Of a DNA stretch of 64,000 nucleotides, positions 29,097 through 38,610 are shown one piece after another. The first letter of the stretch is position 1. Each line of letters opens with the position of its first letter. This DNA is from Escherichia coli phage NG_A1. The stretch lies in the sequence record LC788705.1. One strand, written 5' to 3'. The position numbers and the translations under genes were made by a program. Under the pieces are notes generated by a model. The model was given only the letters and a program-made list of their open reading frames with translations. It did not search any database and was not told where the DNA came from.

Positions 29097-29754
29097 TAAT
29101 TATTTCCTCAATAAACCTTGCTACTACTTCTGGCTCAATACTAAAAAATTCTGTAGCACCATCAAAATCTTTATATTGACAATTATATTCCTTAAACTGT
29201 AAATGGGTTTCTCTCTCAATATGCATAGCTTTTGATCTATCTGAAAAGCTATACTCCTTAAATATTTTTAAATCATGTATGTTAGAGGAAGTTTTAATAT
29301 CTCTGAGTCTATCTTTAGTTCTGCTAGACACACCTATTTTGGTTCCCACATTACTTACTAAAATATATACGTTAGTAGGATAATTATCCTTCTCTAATAA
29401 ACATATAGGACAACCAGAATTATGATTTCTAACACTATCAAGTGTAGACTCCCATTTATGATCATTCTCACAGCTGAACATGATTTTACTCTTGGAATTG
29501 ATGTATTTACCTTCCATCTTTATTCCACGGGCAGCTAAAGATTCATTTACTTCTTTAAGATCTAAAGTACGGCTAGCACAATAAGGGCAACCTCTACCAC
29601 CTTTTACGTTATCTACTCTAGCTTCCCAACTATGCCCATTAGAGCACTTAAATATAGCCTTGGATTTAGCTGATATATACGTGCTTAGCATAACTATCCC
29701 TCTAGGAGCAAGTGCTAAGTTCACATCTTCTGTAGTTATTTTCTTTCTTACCAT
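29083..29754 (-). CDS. Zinc-ribbon repeat protein with GIY-YIG/T5orf172-like domain (putative homing endonuclease)
   Basis: 223 aa; two C-x4-H...CPxC ribbons then NVYILVSNVGTKIGVSSR. Confidence 0.45.
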   Translation of the reverse strand: MVRKKITTEDVNLALAPRGIVMLSTYISAKSKAIFKCSNGHSWEARVDNVKGGRGCPYCASRTLDLKEVNESLAARGIKMEGKYINSKSKIMFSCENDHKWESTLDSVRNHNSGCPICLLEKDNYPTNVYILVSNVGTKIGVSSRTKDRLRDIKTSSNIHDLKIFKEYSFSDRSKAMHIERETHLQFKEYNCQYKDFDGATEFFSIEPEVVARFIEEIINEQR

Positions 29755-29775
29755 TAAATTCTCCTTAATTCACAT

Positions 29776-29804
29776 ATTATACATAATTCCACCCCATACG
29801 TCAA
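29776..29804 (-). promoter_or_regulatory. Promoter (TTGACG-17-TATAAT) for the minus-strand early block
   Basis: rc reads TTGACGtatggggtggaattatgTATAATatgtg. Confidence 0.5.
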
Positions 29805-29976
29805 CTACATTTTTCTAATACTATTTGACTTTTGATTTTTATCAATTTTTATTGATGCTATACAGCATAATATCTTTACATATAAATAAATGATTATCTA
29901 GTATCATATTTCTACCTTTATAAGCAAGTAAATTTTTTATTTAAAAGCAATATCATAGGTTTATTTAAAATTATAC

Positions 29977-30005
29977 TTGCTTTTTGCTGTAAACCTTGTT
30001 ATAAT
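29977..30005 (+). promoter_or_regulatory. Early-type promoter for the plus-strand block
   Basis: TTGCTTtttgctgtaaaccttgtTATAAT. Confidence 0.6.
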
Positions 30006-30081
30006 ATATTTGTAAGTTGATAAACAAGATCTCTTTGTTGATCCTCTGTTAGAAGCGAAGTACACTATAGGAGTGTTATTT

Positions 30082-30834
30082 ATGGGAAAAGCACGTCAAA
30101 AAAGAGAGAACCGTAATGGTTCAAGAAAGCGTGGCAACAAATATGAGAATAACGTAATTCAGGCTGATTTTTCTAATGATTACGCTAACCCAGTTGCTAA
30201 ATCCCTAGTAGGTAAAAACCGCGAGCAAAAATCATATATCAATATGATCAAGAACAACACAGTGACTGTGGGTATTGGTGAGCCGGGTACTGGTAAAACC
30301 TTTATCCCGTCTGTTCTTGCAGCTCAGGAACTCGTAGACATTCACTCAGATATTGAGCAAGTGATTCTCGTACGTCCTAATGAACCTCTAGGTAAGTCTC
30401 TTGGTATGCTTCCTGGTGATCTAGCAGAAAAGCTAGAGCCTTGGTTGGAGCCAATAGCTGATGGTATGAAATGGGCCATCGGTGATCATGCCTATAAGGG
30501 ATATGTCGAACGCCAGAAAATTAAATTTTTGGCTATAGAACATGCTCGTGGCAGAACTTTCAACAACTCCTATGTAATTGTCGATGAAGCTCAGAATATT
30601 TCCGTTGAGGCAATGGTTTGTCTCCTAACTCGTGTAGGACAAGACTGCCGTTTAATTATCTGCGGAGATATAGCTCAGAAAGACATTAAAGGTGACTCAG
30701 GTCTAGCACTTCTTATGGAAGTTTATGAGAAATATGAAAATGCTCCATTCTCAATGATCGAATTGATTGATAACGTTCGTTCTGCTGAGTCTAAAGCATT
30801 CTACGATATTTTTAAAGACATGGGGAAGGTGTAA
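30082..30834 (+). CDS. phoH: PhoH-like ATPase
   Basis: P-loop GIGEPGTGKTF, DEAQN; start at ATG 30082 after AGGAG (track GTG start 30073). Confidence 0.85.
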   Translation: MGKARQKRENRNGSRKRGNKYENNVIQADFSNDYANPVAKSLVGKNREQKSYINMIKNNTVTVGIGEPGTGKTFIPSVLAAQELVDIHSDIEQVILVRPNEPLGKSLGMLPGDLAEKLEPWLEPIADGMKWAIGDHAYKGYVERQKIKFLAIEHARGRTFNNSYVIVDEAQNISVEAMVCLLTRVGQDCRLIICGDIAQKDIKGDSGLALLMEVYEKYENAPFSMIELIDNVRSAESKAFYDIFKDMGKV

Positions 30835-30835
30835 T

Positions 30836-31078
30836 ATGGGAAACGTCGTACATCTACACCGTAAAACTAAAATACATCGTACTTCACTGAGTGCTGCTAA
30901 TATGATTACACGTAAGGAAGGGGAAGAAAGTCCTAAGACTACCCTAGCGTGGAAAATTGTAACCTCAAATCCAAATCGGCCCTTCAATTATAACGAGCTG
31001 AGCACCTCCATAGATATTCTATTAAAAGAAGTAGCTAGAGCTAAAGTAATTGAACAAGCTAAAAAGCTAGACTGGTAA
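30836..31078 (+). CDS. Hypothetical protein
   Basis: 80-aa ORF from ATG 30836. Confidence 0.4.
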   Translation: MGNVVHLHRKTKIHRTSLSAANMITRKEGEESPKTTLAWKIVTSNPNRPFNYNELSTSIDILLKEVARAKVIEQAKKLDW

Positions 31079-31199
31079 TATACAGGGCCTGGGTATGAAA
31101 ATACTCGGGCCTTTTCTATCAGAAAATTTTATTTGCCTAATGACCAATAATAAAGTAGAATATTCCTTAAATCCTGATAACTATAAAAAGGAAAGCCAA

Positions 31200-33530
31200 A
31201 TGAGCCATCGCATTGAAAAAGTAATTAAACGTGACGGTACTGTAGAAGACTTTGCTCCTGAAAAACTCAATGGTTGGGCGGAGTATGGTTGCAAAACAGT
31301 TGATGTAAGTTGGTCAGCCATTACTATGGCTGCCCAAAAAACTCTGCCTAAAGGGGTTGTAGATTCCGACACTCTGATGGATGCATTAATTAAAGCTGCT
31401 GAAAGTCTTATCAAAGATAATCCAGCATACGATGTGCCAGCAAAGGAGTTACGTCTTGCGCAAATGCGTAAACGCCTTTATGATTCTTTCGAACCACCTT
31501 CTCTACGATTCTTCCATGACCATATGGTTAGCGTAGGTGCATGGGAAGACATGAGTGCATGGATTACCGATGAGCAATTTGAAGCTCTGAATCAGGTTAT
31601 CGACCATGATCGTGATCGTCTTTTTACTAGTGGTGGGCTGAAGCAGTTCTTTGATAAGTATTCCCGTCGTAACATAGCCACTGGTGAAATTTATGAAACT
31701 CCGCAGTTTGCCTACATGGGTATGGCAATGGCGATGTTATCTCAACCTAACTGGACAATTCTAGATGCAATCGACCTCTACAACGCAATGTCACTCCACA
31801 AAATCAACGTCCCTACGCCGCCACTGGTTGGTCTGCGCTCTAGTGACCGTGGATTCGCTAGTTGCTGCCTCGTGGATTCCACTGACACGTTGGATTCAAT
31901 CGATACCGCCGAGCACATCGTCTTCAAAATGGTCGCAGCCAGAGCGGGAATCGGGTATCATCTTGAAAGCCGATCAATTGCTGATCCGGTGCGAAATGGG
32001 GCATTCCCGCATTCCGGAAAACTGCCATATTATCGACACATTGACCGCTCAGTAAAGGCCAATACTCAGCAAACTCGTGGTGGTTCTGCTACAGTGTCTT
32101 ATCCATACTTCGACCCTGAAATCATTCAATTGATGCAGGTTAAGCAACAACGTGCTACAGATGAGAATAAAATCGATAAGATGGATTATTCTCTGAGCTT
32201 TAACAATCTTTTGTTAAAACGTTATCTTAAAAACGAAGATATTACGCTAATGTCATACTTCTATGCTCCAGAAGTTCATGAAGCGTTTTATAGTGATGAC
32301 GAGGCTAAATTTGAAGAAAACTACGTGGCAGCGGAGAAACGTGTGGCATCTCTTACAAAGATCGACCACGAAGGAAAAACAGTTCCAGCAGCTCCTAAAG
32401 TCTCTGCAAAAGAAATCCTAGATACTTGGCTACGTATCCGAATGGAAACAGGACGTATGTATGCGCATCACATCGGGGAATCTAATCGTCACGGTAATTT
32501 CCTTGATCCGATCCGTATGACAAACCTTTGTGTTGAGATTACTCAGCCTACACGCCCGTTCCACCATATCACGGAACTGTATAAAACAAAAGAACAACTT
32601 GATCAAACGAAGCCGGAGGATATTGGTGAAGTATCTCTGTGTAACTTAGGTGGTGTTGTACTTGGACGCATGGAATCTCTGGCCGAGTGGGAAAAAACTT
32701 GCTACATCCTCCTGAAATTCGTTGATACAATTATTGAAATTCAGGATTATCCGTTCCCAACTATGGAATATACGGCTAAGAAACGTCGTAATGTTGGTAT
32801 TGGCCTGATGAACGCAGCGGGTGCAATGGCAGCAGAAGGTCTGGCTTACGAAGGTATTGAAGCCCGTAACTGGATTCATCGTGAGGCTGAAAAACTGTCT
32901 TACTTCCTGCATAAAGCCTCCGTACGCCTAGCTAAAGAACAGGGTGCATGTGAGTGGTTTGATCGTACTAAACCATCTAAAGGAATTCTGGTAATCGACA
33001 CGTACAAGAAAACTGTTGATGAACTGGTATCCGTAGGTCTAGAAATGGATTGGGAGTCTCTGCGTGCAGATATCCTGAAATACGGTATGCGTAACTCTGT
33101 TCTGACTGCTCAGATGCCTGGAGAAAGTTCTTCTGTTCTGTTAGGTGTTACTAACTCTATCGAACCACCTCGTAAGATTGTATCTATCAAGGGTAGTGCA
33201 GTAAATAAAGTAATTGCAATTGCTCCAGGTGCAACCGATTGGGAAACGTTAATGAGCTATAAACTGGCTTATGATGTAGATCGTATCGAGTGGATCAAAT
33301 GGGTAGCAACTATGCAGAAATTCTTCAGTCAGTCTATCAGTACGAATATGTATTATGACTACACCAAGTTTGAGAATGAAATCATTCCTGGCCCAGTAGT
33401 AGTTCGTGATTTCATGACTGCTGTTAAGTATGGGTGGAAAACTTGGTATTATGCTAACTTCAATACCGCAAATGGTGGAGGTGCTGGAGAAGAAGCAGCC
33501 GGTTGTGCATCCGGTGGTTGTACTATTTAA
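31200..33530 (+). CDS. nrdA: Ribonucleotide reductase large subunit (class Ia NrdA)
   Basis: ATP-cone MSHRIEKVIKRDGTVEDF preceded by AAGGAAA; active-site NLCVEI; C-terminal CxxGGC. Confidence 0.9.
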   Translation: MSHRIEKVIKRDGTVEDFAPEKLNGWAEYGCKTVDVSWSAITMAAQKTLPKGVVDSDTLMDALIKAAESLIKDNPAYDVPAKELRLAQMRKRLYDSFEPPSLRFFHDHMVSVGAWEDMSAWITDEQFEALNQVIDHDRDRLFTSGGLKQFFDKYSRRNIATGEIYETPQFAYMGMAMAMLSQPNWTILDAIDLYNAMSLHKINVPTPPLVGLRSSDRGFASCCLVDSTDTLDSIDTAEHIVFKMVAARAGIGYHLESRSIADPVRNGAFPHSGKLPYYRHIDRSVKANTQQTRGGSATVSYPYFDPEIIQLMQVKQQRATDENKIDKMDYSLSFNNLLLKRYLKNEDITLMSYFYAPEVHEAFYSDDEAKFEENYVAAEKRVASLTKIDHEGKTVPAAPKVSAKEILDTWLRIRMETGRMYAHHIGESNRHGNFLDPIRMTNLCVEITQPTRPFHHITELYKTKEQLDQTKPEDIGEVSLCNLGGVVLGRMESLAEWEKTCYILLKFVDTIIEIQDYPFPTMEYTAKKRRNVGIGLMNAAGAMAAEGLAYEGIEARNWIHREAEKLSYFLHKASVRLAKEQGACEWFDRTKPSKGILVIDTYKKTVDELVSVGLEMDWESLRADILKYGMRNSVLTAQMPGESSSVLLGVTNSIEPPRKIVSIKGSAVNKVIAIAPGATDWETLMSYKLAYDVDRIEWIKWVATMQKFFSQSISTNMYYDYTKFENEIIPGPVVVRDFMTAVKYGWKTWYYANFNTANGGGAGEEAAGCASGGCTI

Positions 33531-33536
33531 TAAAAA

Positions 33537-33565
33537 CAAGGAGATCTTCGGGTCTCCTTTTTCTT
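33537..33565 (+). terminator. Rho-independent terminator after nrdA
   Basis: Hairpin ggagatc-ttcg-ggtctcc then TTTTTCTTT. Confidence 0.7.
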
Positions 33566-33576
33566 TGAAATTTTAC

Positions 33577-33605
33577 TTGCTAATCGCTACCAGATTTGCT
33601 ATAAT
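33577..33605 (+). promoter_or_regulatory. Early-type promoter
   Basis: TTGCTAatcgctaccagatttgcTATAAT. Confidence 0.6.
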
Positions 33606-33636
33606 ATTCCTGAAATAGTGAGAAAGAGGAAAATCA

Positions 33637-34782
33637 ATGACTACTTTACTAAACCTGAATTGGGATCATACTAACGCTGACCTTTTCCTGGGAGATTCTC
33701 TCGGTATCGCAGATTATGTACGTGTAGCACATCCAGAACTAGAACGTCTGGCACTTCTGCAACGCTCTCAATTTTGGACTGAAACTGAAATCAGTCTGGA
33801 AGCAGATAAGAAACAATGGCCTAATCTCCCACGTGAAATTCAGGAAATTACACTCCTGAACTTAGCATGGCAGACTCAAACAGATTCCTTTATCAGTCGT
33901 GCTCCTGAAGCAGCTATTATGCCGCTTGTAAGTCGTCCAGAATTGGAAGGTATGCTCAAACAGTGGAGCTATTTTGAAGACTTGCATAGTCGTGCTTATA
34001 GCAATATTATTCGTAATGTGCTGACTGATCCAGCAGAATTTATTGATTCTGTAACCAAAAACCAAGAAGCATTCGCACGCATCGCTGATTCTGTTGAACT
34101 ATTCGATGAACTGTACCAGTTAGGTCAGTATTTCATCGCAGTACGCGATCATCGTGGCGACAATACATATCCAGAAACTGAGTTCCCTGAAGTTAAACGT
34201 GAAACTCAGGCTAAACTATTAGACGCTTACTTTGCGATCTATGGTCTGGAAGCAATGCAGTTTTACGCATCCTTTGCATGTACCTTTGCATTAGCAGAGA
34301 ACGATATTCTGCAAGGTATTGCTAAAAATCTGCAATTAATCGCTAAAGATGAAGCTCTGCACACTCAGATGTCCAAAGCAATCATCCAGATTATGTTTCA
34401 GCAATTTGACAAAGATCTGGTAGATGAAGCAGTGGCTAAAGCACCAGCACAGCTCCTGAAAACTCTGAAAACTGAAATTGAATGGGGTCATTTCATTTTC
34501 AAAGGTCGTAGTCTGATTGGCTTGAATGCAGAACTTCTAGAAGAATATCTGTACTTTGTGGGGCGCAATGCATTTATGCACATCGGTGTAGAATGGCCAA
34601 GTAATCTGCCGGTAATCACCAAAAACCCTATTCCGTGGATCATGAACTGGTTGGATACCACTTCTTTACAGCCTGCTCCACAAGAAATCCAGATTGGTGC
34701 AGCATATCGTGTAGGTCAGGTAACTGAGACCTCTACTGATACTCTGAAAGATCTGGGTAATGAATTTGGAGATTTCTTATGA
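33637..34782 (+). CDS. nrdB: Ribonucleotide reductase small subunit (NrdB)
   Basis: 381 aa; di-iron ligand pattern (E..H, FACTF tyrosyl region). Confidence 0.9.
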   Translation: MTTLLNLNWDHTNADLFLGDSLGIADYVRVAHPELERLALLQRSQFWTETEISLEADKKQWPNLPREIQEITLLNLAWQTQTDSFISRAPEAAIMPLVSRPELEGMLKQWSYFEDLHSRAYSNIIRNVLTDPAEFIDSVTKNQEAFARIADSVELFDELYQLGQYFIAVRDHRGDNTYPETEFPEVKRETQAKLLDAYFAIYGLEAMQFYASFACTFALAENDILQGIAKNLQLIAKDEALHTQMSKAIIQIMFQQFDKDLVDEAVAKAPAQLLKTLKTEIEWGHFIFKGRSLIGLNAELLEEYLYFVGRNAFMHIGVEWPSNLPVITKNPIPWIMNWLDTTSLQPAPQEIQIGAAYRVGQVTETSTDTLKDLGNEFGDFL

Positions 34783-35312
34783 TTACAGCAATGTATGCAG
34801 TTGGGCCGAATGGGGAGTTCGGCCTCCGCGGTAAACTTCCATGGGGTTCCTTCAAAGAAGAACTAGATGCTTTCTATTCTCAACTGGACGTGTTGAATCC
34901 AGATAACATCATCATTGGTGCGGGTACTTATTTAGCTCTTCCATATGCCGTTAGGGAACGTATGATTGGAGCTTCTGACCTATTTATTCGTGCTGATCGT
35001 CCATTGCCAGACGATATTACACATGATATTTACACTCCCATATCAATGATAGGTGATACATTACCTACCTTTCTAAAAGATCAACAAACAGTAGTTCTAG
35101 GCGGAGCTAATCTTCTTCTAGAAATGTACCAACATGGGCATATAGAAAGTGCTTTTGTATCTACAATCTTTAGCGAACAGAAGCTAGAGGCAGATATACA
35201 CCTAGATAGTATGATACTGGATTATAACTATGAATCCACCCGATTAGTCTATGCAGTTGGCGCAAACAGTGATAACAGCCTGCGATTTGTACAGGAATTG
35301 GTTACTTATTAA
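34779..35312 (+). CDS. frd: Dihydrofolate reductase
   Basis: 177 aa; DHFR N-terminus MITAMYAVGPNGEFGLRGKLPW. Confidence 0.8.
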   Translation: MITAMYAVGPNGEFGLRGKLPWGSFKEELDAFYSQLDVLNPDNIIIGAGTYLALPYAVRERMIGASDLFIRADRPLPDDITHDIYTPISMIGDTLPTFLKDQQTVVLGGANLLLEMYQHGHIESAFVSTIFSEQKLEADIHLDSMILDYNYESTRLVYAVGANSDNSLRFVQELVTY

Positions 35313-36151
35313 TGCAACAATACTTAAAAATTTTGACAGATGTAATTTTACTAGGTGAACCCCGTAATGACCGTACAGGAACAGGCACAGTTTCAATTTT
35401 TGATTCCTATGCTAAGTTCGACCTACGTGAAGGGTTCCCGGCTGTAACTACTAAACGCCTGGCCTGGAAATCAGTAGTAGGAGAACTTTTATGGTTCTTG
35501 TCTGGTTCCACAAATCTTCATGATCTACGTGTATTCACATTTGGTCGTGACGAAGGACAGTGGACTATCTGGACTCCAAATTATGAAGACCAAGCTATAA
35601 GTATGGGTTATGATAAGGGTAATCTAGGACCAGTATATGGTAAACAGTGGCGCAACTTTGGTGGGCGAGATCAGATTCTAGAACTTATTGAAGGACTCAA
35701 GAATAATCCTCATGGCCGCAGACATCTAGTTTCTGCATGGAACGTAGCTGAACTTGATAAAATGGCATTACCACCCTGTCACTACGGCTTCCAGTGCTAT
35801 GTAAGTAACGATGGATACTTAGATCTTAAATGGACACAACGCTCTGTGGATTGTTTCCTCGGTTTACCTTTCAATATTGCTAGTTATGCTTTATTAACAC
35901 ATATATTAGCAAAACTGACAGGATTAAAACCTCGTTATCTTATCTTTAGTGGCGGTGATACTCATATCTATAATGACCACATGGAACAGGTAGAAGAACA
36001 GGTAAAACGCAAGCCACGCCCTCTGCCAACTCTAGTAATGCCAGAGTTTGTAGATCTCTACGATTTACTGGAGAATAATACTGTAGCTTGGTCATTCCAT
36101 TTAGAGGGGTACGATCCTCACCCAGCTCTTAAAGCTAAGATGTCTTCTTAA
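35312..36151 (+). CDS. thyA: Thymidylate synthase
   Basis: 279 aa; active-site PPCHYGFQCYV, R.L..W. Confidence 0.9.
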   Translation: MQQYLKILTDVILLGEPRNDRTGTGTVSIFDSYAKFDLREGFPAVTTKRLAWKSVVGELLWFLSGSTNLHDLRVFTFGRDEGQWTIWTPNYEDQAISMGYDKGNLGPVYGKQWRNFGGRDQILELIEGLKNNPHGRRHLVSAWNVAELDKMALPPCHYGFQCYVSNDGYLDLKWTQRSVDCFLGLPFNIASYALLTHILAKLTGLKPRYLIFSGGDTHIYNDHMEQVEEQVKRKPRPLPTLVMPEFVDLYDLLENNTVAWSFHLEGYDPHPALKAKMSS

Positions 36152-36156
36152 TTTAA

Positions 36157-36180
36157 ATAGCCCTTCGGGGCTATTATATT
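36157..36180 (+). terminator. Rho-independent terminator after thyA
   Basis: Hairpin atagccc-ttcg-gggctat then T-rich tail. Confidence 0.65.
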
Positions 36181-36222
36181 TGAAATTGTACTTGCTTATT
36201 AAGTACAATTTCAAATATAATA
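36172..36222. repeat. 51-bp near-perfect palindrome (22-bp arms, 7-bp centre) overlapping promoter 36192..36221
   Basis: Hand-aligned: 36172-36193 is the exact reverse complement of 36201-36222. Confidence 0.8.
36192..36221 (+). promoter_or_regulatory. Early-type promoter embedded in the palindrome
   Basis: TTGCTT-18-TATAAT. Confidence 0.55.
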
Positions 36223-36250
36223 TACTCAATAAGTACAAAAGGATAATAAA

Positions 36251-36634
36251 ATGAGTAAAGAAATTGAATTAGAACAAGCCCTTCTGAATTACTCCAATTA
36301 CTTGCAGGGTGATAAAGAAACTATTACTAAGGAACAGGTATTACTAATACTAGACTCTATCACTTCTAAATTCAGGACTTTAGAAGACTACTACTCTGTA
36401 GGCAATGGAGATGAGAAGATAGAGTTATGTCTAAATCTCCTAGAAGATATGGGCTGGAATGTGGAAGATCAAGTAGGATATTTAGGTATATCTACAGAAA
36501 TTCTAGAAAATACAGAGCATGAAAATATACTTGAAGTAAAGAGCAGAAGTGCTATTCGGTATAATACTTATGGTACAGGTATTACAGGAATAAAAGCATT
36601 ACTTAGTATAGATATAGGATGGTTAGATGAATAA
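36251..36634 (+). CDS. Hypothetical protein
   Basis: 127-aa ORF. Confidence 0.5.
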   Translation: MSKEIELEQALLNYSNYLQGDKETITKEQVLLILDSITSKFRTLEDYYSVGNGDEKIELCLNLLEDMGWNVEDQVGYLGISTEILENTEHENILEVKSRSAIRYNTYGTGITGIKALLSIDIGWLDE

Positions 36635-37175
36635 AAAGTTACCTAGCCAAGAAAGATTAAAAGAATTATTAATCTATGATCCAGATACCGGTATATTTAC
36701 TAATAAGGTAAGTCGTGGTAGGGGAGGAAAAGCAGGTTCACCCGCTGGATACCTAAGAAAAGATGGCTATATAACTATTAAGATAGATAAAATAGATTAT
36801 TTAGCACATAGACTAGCCTTTCTATACATGACAGGATCAATACCAGATTTAATAGACCACAAAAATAGGATTAGGTCAGATAATAGGTGGATAAACCTAA
36901 GAGAAGCTACAAGCCAGTCTAATAATAGAAACTGTACCGCATCGAGTAAATCTGGATATCTAGGTGTACACTGGAACAAACAACTACAGAAATGGCAAGT
37001 ACAGGTGATTGATAATAAGGGTAAAAATATTTATGGGGGTGTTTTTGACTACTTAGACCTAGAAAGTGCGGTCATAAAGGCTAATGAACTGAGAAAAACA
37101 CTTCATGGTAGCGAAGCAGTTATAGAAGATTTCTATACTAACTATTACCCACCAGTAGAGGAACTTAATAAGTGA
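36627..37175 (+). CDS. HNH homing endonuclease (HNH + AP2-like domain)
   Basis: 182 aa; HRLAFLYM...IDHKNRIRSDNRWINLR, SGYLGVHW; paralog of 12616..13137. Confidence 0.75.
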   Translation: MNKKLPSQERLKELLIYDPDTGIFTNKVSRGRGGKAGSPAGYLRKDGYITIKIDKIDYLAHRLAFLYMTGSIPDLIDHKNRIRSDNRWINLREATSQSNNRNCTASSKSGYLGVHWNKQLQKWQVQVIDNKGKNIYGGVFDYLDLESAVIKANELRKTLHGSEAVIEDFYTNYYPPVEELNK

Positions 37176-37648
37176 GCGTTTTCCACATTTACACAGATGG
37201 TGCTTGTAAGTCTAACCCAGGTCCAGGTGCTTGGGGATTTATTGTCTATGATGATAACGATGATCGTTTAGGTTCTAAATCTGGATATAGTCCTAAAACT
37301 ACAAATAATGAGATGGAACTCACGGCTATTGTAGAGGCTCTACGTTGGTCAGTTAAAAAAGATAATAGACCAATTGTTATCTATACTGATTCTGCTTATT
37401 GCAAAAATGGTATGGAAAGTTGGATGTTTTCTTGGCAAAGGAAAGGCTGGAAGAAAGCAGATGGTGAAGTTCCTCTTAATCTAGAACTTTGGCAGGAAGC
37501 ATTTAAATTAACACAACAGTATATCAACTTTCATAATACTAATCCTACCTTTATTAAGGTTAAAGGACATTCTGGTATTAGTGGTAATGAAGCTGTAGAC
37601 GCCTTATGTAACACAGTTATTACTGAAGCTGAAATGGCTGAGATGTGA
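37172..37648 (+). CDS. rnh: Ribonuclease H
   Basis: 158 aa; YTDGACKSNPGPGAWGF, NNEMELTA, TDS motifs. Confidence 0.85.
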   Translation: MSVFHIYTDGACKSNPGPGAWGFIVYDDNDDRLGSKSGYSPKTTNNEMELTAIVEALRWSVKKDNRPIVIYTDSAYCKNGMESWMFSWQRKGWKKADGEVPLNLELWQEAFKLTQQYINFHNTNPTFIKVKGHSGISGNEAVDALCNTVITEAEMAEM

Positions 37649-37669
37649 TAAATAAATTAAAAAATTTTC

Positions 37670-37698
37670 TTGCTTAAAGCCCTCTAATTTAGTATAAT
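37670..37698 (+). promoter_or_regulatory. Early-type promoter; spacer complementary to the downstream RBS
   Basis: TTGCTTaaagccctctaatttagTATAAT; aaagccctc (37676-84) is rc of gagggcttt (37717-25). Confidence 0.6.
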
Positions 37699-37725
37699 AT
37701 TCGTATTGAAAGTGAGGAGGGCTTT

Positions 37726-38004
37726 ATGAGAATTTATAACTCAAATTCATTAGGATTTAAACCGTTGAGAAAACGTGCACAATCACCTCGTCAAATAAGA
37801 AAGGCTAATATTGGTGAGCCAGAAACACGTCTTCCACCTCCTCCGGAACAGCGTTTAGTTTATCTGGATGAAGAATTAGCTGAACGCGAAAGAAAAGCTC
37901 AAGAAGAGATTGAGCGTAAGAAAATGTGTACTGCTCCAGCGTATAATAAAGGAGCATATCAATATGTTTCCGATGCAGAACAAGCCAAGATGGTTGGTAG
38001 ATAA
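37726..38004 (+). CDS. Hypothetical protein
   Basis: 92-aa ORF. Confidence 0.4.
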   Translation: MRIYNSNSLGFKPLRKRAQSPRQIRKANIGEPETRLPPPPEQRLVYLDEELAERERKAQEEIERKKMCTAPAYNKGAYQYVSDAEQAKMVGR

Positions 38005-38020
38005 TTTTTAAAAAATTCAT

Positions 38021-38049
38021 TTGCTAAACGCTTCAAATTCTCGTATAAT
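38021..38049 (+). promoter_or_regulatory. Early-type promoter
   Basis: TTGCTAaacgcttcaaattctcgTATAAT. Confidence 0.65.
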
Positions 38050-38087
38050 ATACTTCATAAATTGATAAACAAAAAGGAAAATAAATA

Positions 38088-38603
38088 ATGGCTAAGCAGA
38101 AAAACGCAAAAACTCAAGCAGCCCCGGCAGTTAAAACTTTCCCTCAGACTGAGGCTAACCGCAAAGCTCGTCTGGAACGCCACCTGCGCAAGCACCCTAC
38201 TGATGCTCAAGCTGCACAGGCACTGAATCGTCCGGCTCCGATTCGTCAAAAGCCGAAGGCTAAGAATGCCACTCGTTCTGTAGCCCGCCTTGTGACCTAT
38301 GTACAGGGTTATGGTCACAAATCTGTTCCAGTAGCACTGAGTTTCAATGCTGGAGCAGAATTGTTCCCTCGTAATGGCATGTCCATGAAAGATTACGAGA
38401 AAGCAGTTAACCAGAAACGCAAACCAACGGCAGATGTATTGCGTGATACTCGTGGACAGTTTGGTTCTGTTAAGCCAAATATCTTTGGCGTAGAGTATAG
38501 TAAAGATAATGTTCGTGCTCTGTGTTACGGTGTAGGTATTAAGTTCACGGGTGATTCTGCTCGTAAATCTGCTAAACCAGCTCATAAGCGTAAAGCGAAG
38601 TAA
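38088..38603 (+). CDS. Highly basic hypothetical protein (putative nucleic-acid-binding)
   Basis: 171 aa, K/R-rich at both termini; E. coli-like high-expression codon usage. Confidence 0.5.
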   Translation: MAKQKNAKTQAAPAVKTFPQTEANRKARLERHLRKHPTDAQAAQALNRPAPIRQKPKAKNATRSVARLVTYVQGYGHKSVPVALSFNAGAELFPRNGMSMKDYEKAVNQKRKPTADVLRDTRGQFGSVKPNIFGVEYSKDNVRALCYGVGIKFTGDSARKSAKPAHKRKAK

Positions 38604-38610
38604 TAGATAA

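Noticed and set aside
29083-29754. NrdG radical-SAM activase next to nrdD
   Set aside because: The cysteines are in CxxC/CPxC ribbon pairs, not the CxxxCxxC radical-SAM motif; the C-terminus looks like a GIY-YIG-type nuclease.
31095-31199. Upstream extension of nrdA (track start 31095)
   Set aside because: The conserved ATP-cone begins at the Met at 31200, which has a good RBS; the extension has none.
27249-36151. Group I introns in nrdD, nrdA, nrdB or thyA (as in T4)
   Set aside because: All four ORFs are continuous and of normal length, with no internal gaps or intron-like insertions.
38055-38585. 176-aa minus-strand ORF antisense to the basic-protein gene
   Set aside because: The plus-strand ORF has an RBS, a promoter and coherent codon usage; the antisense ORF has none of these.
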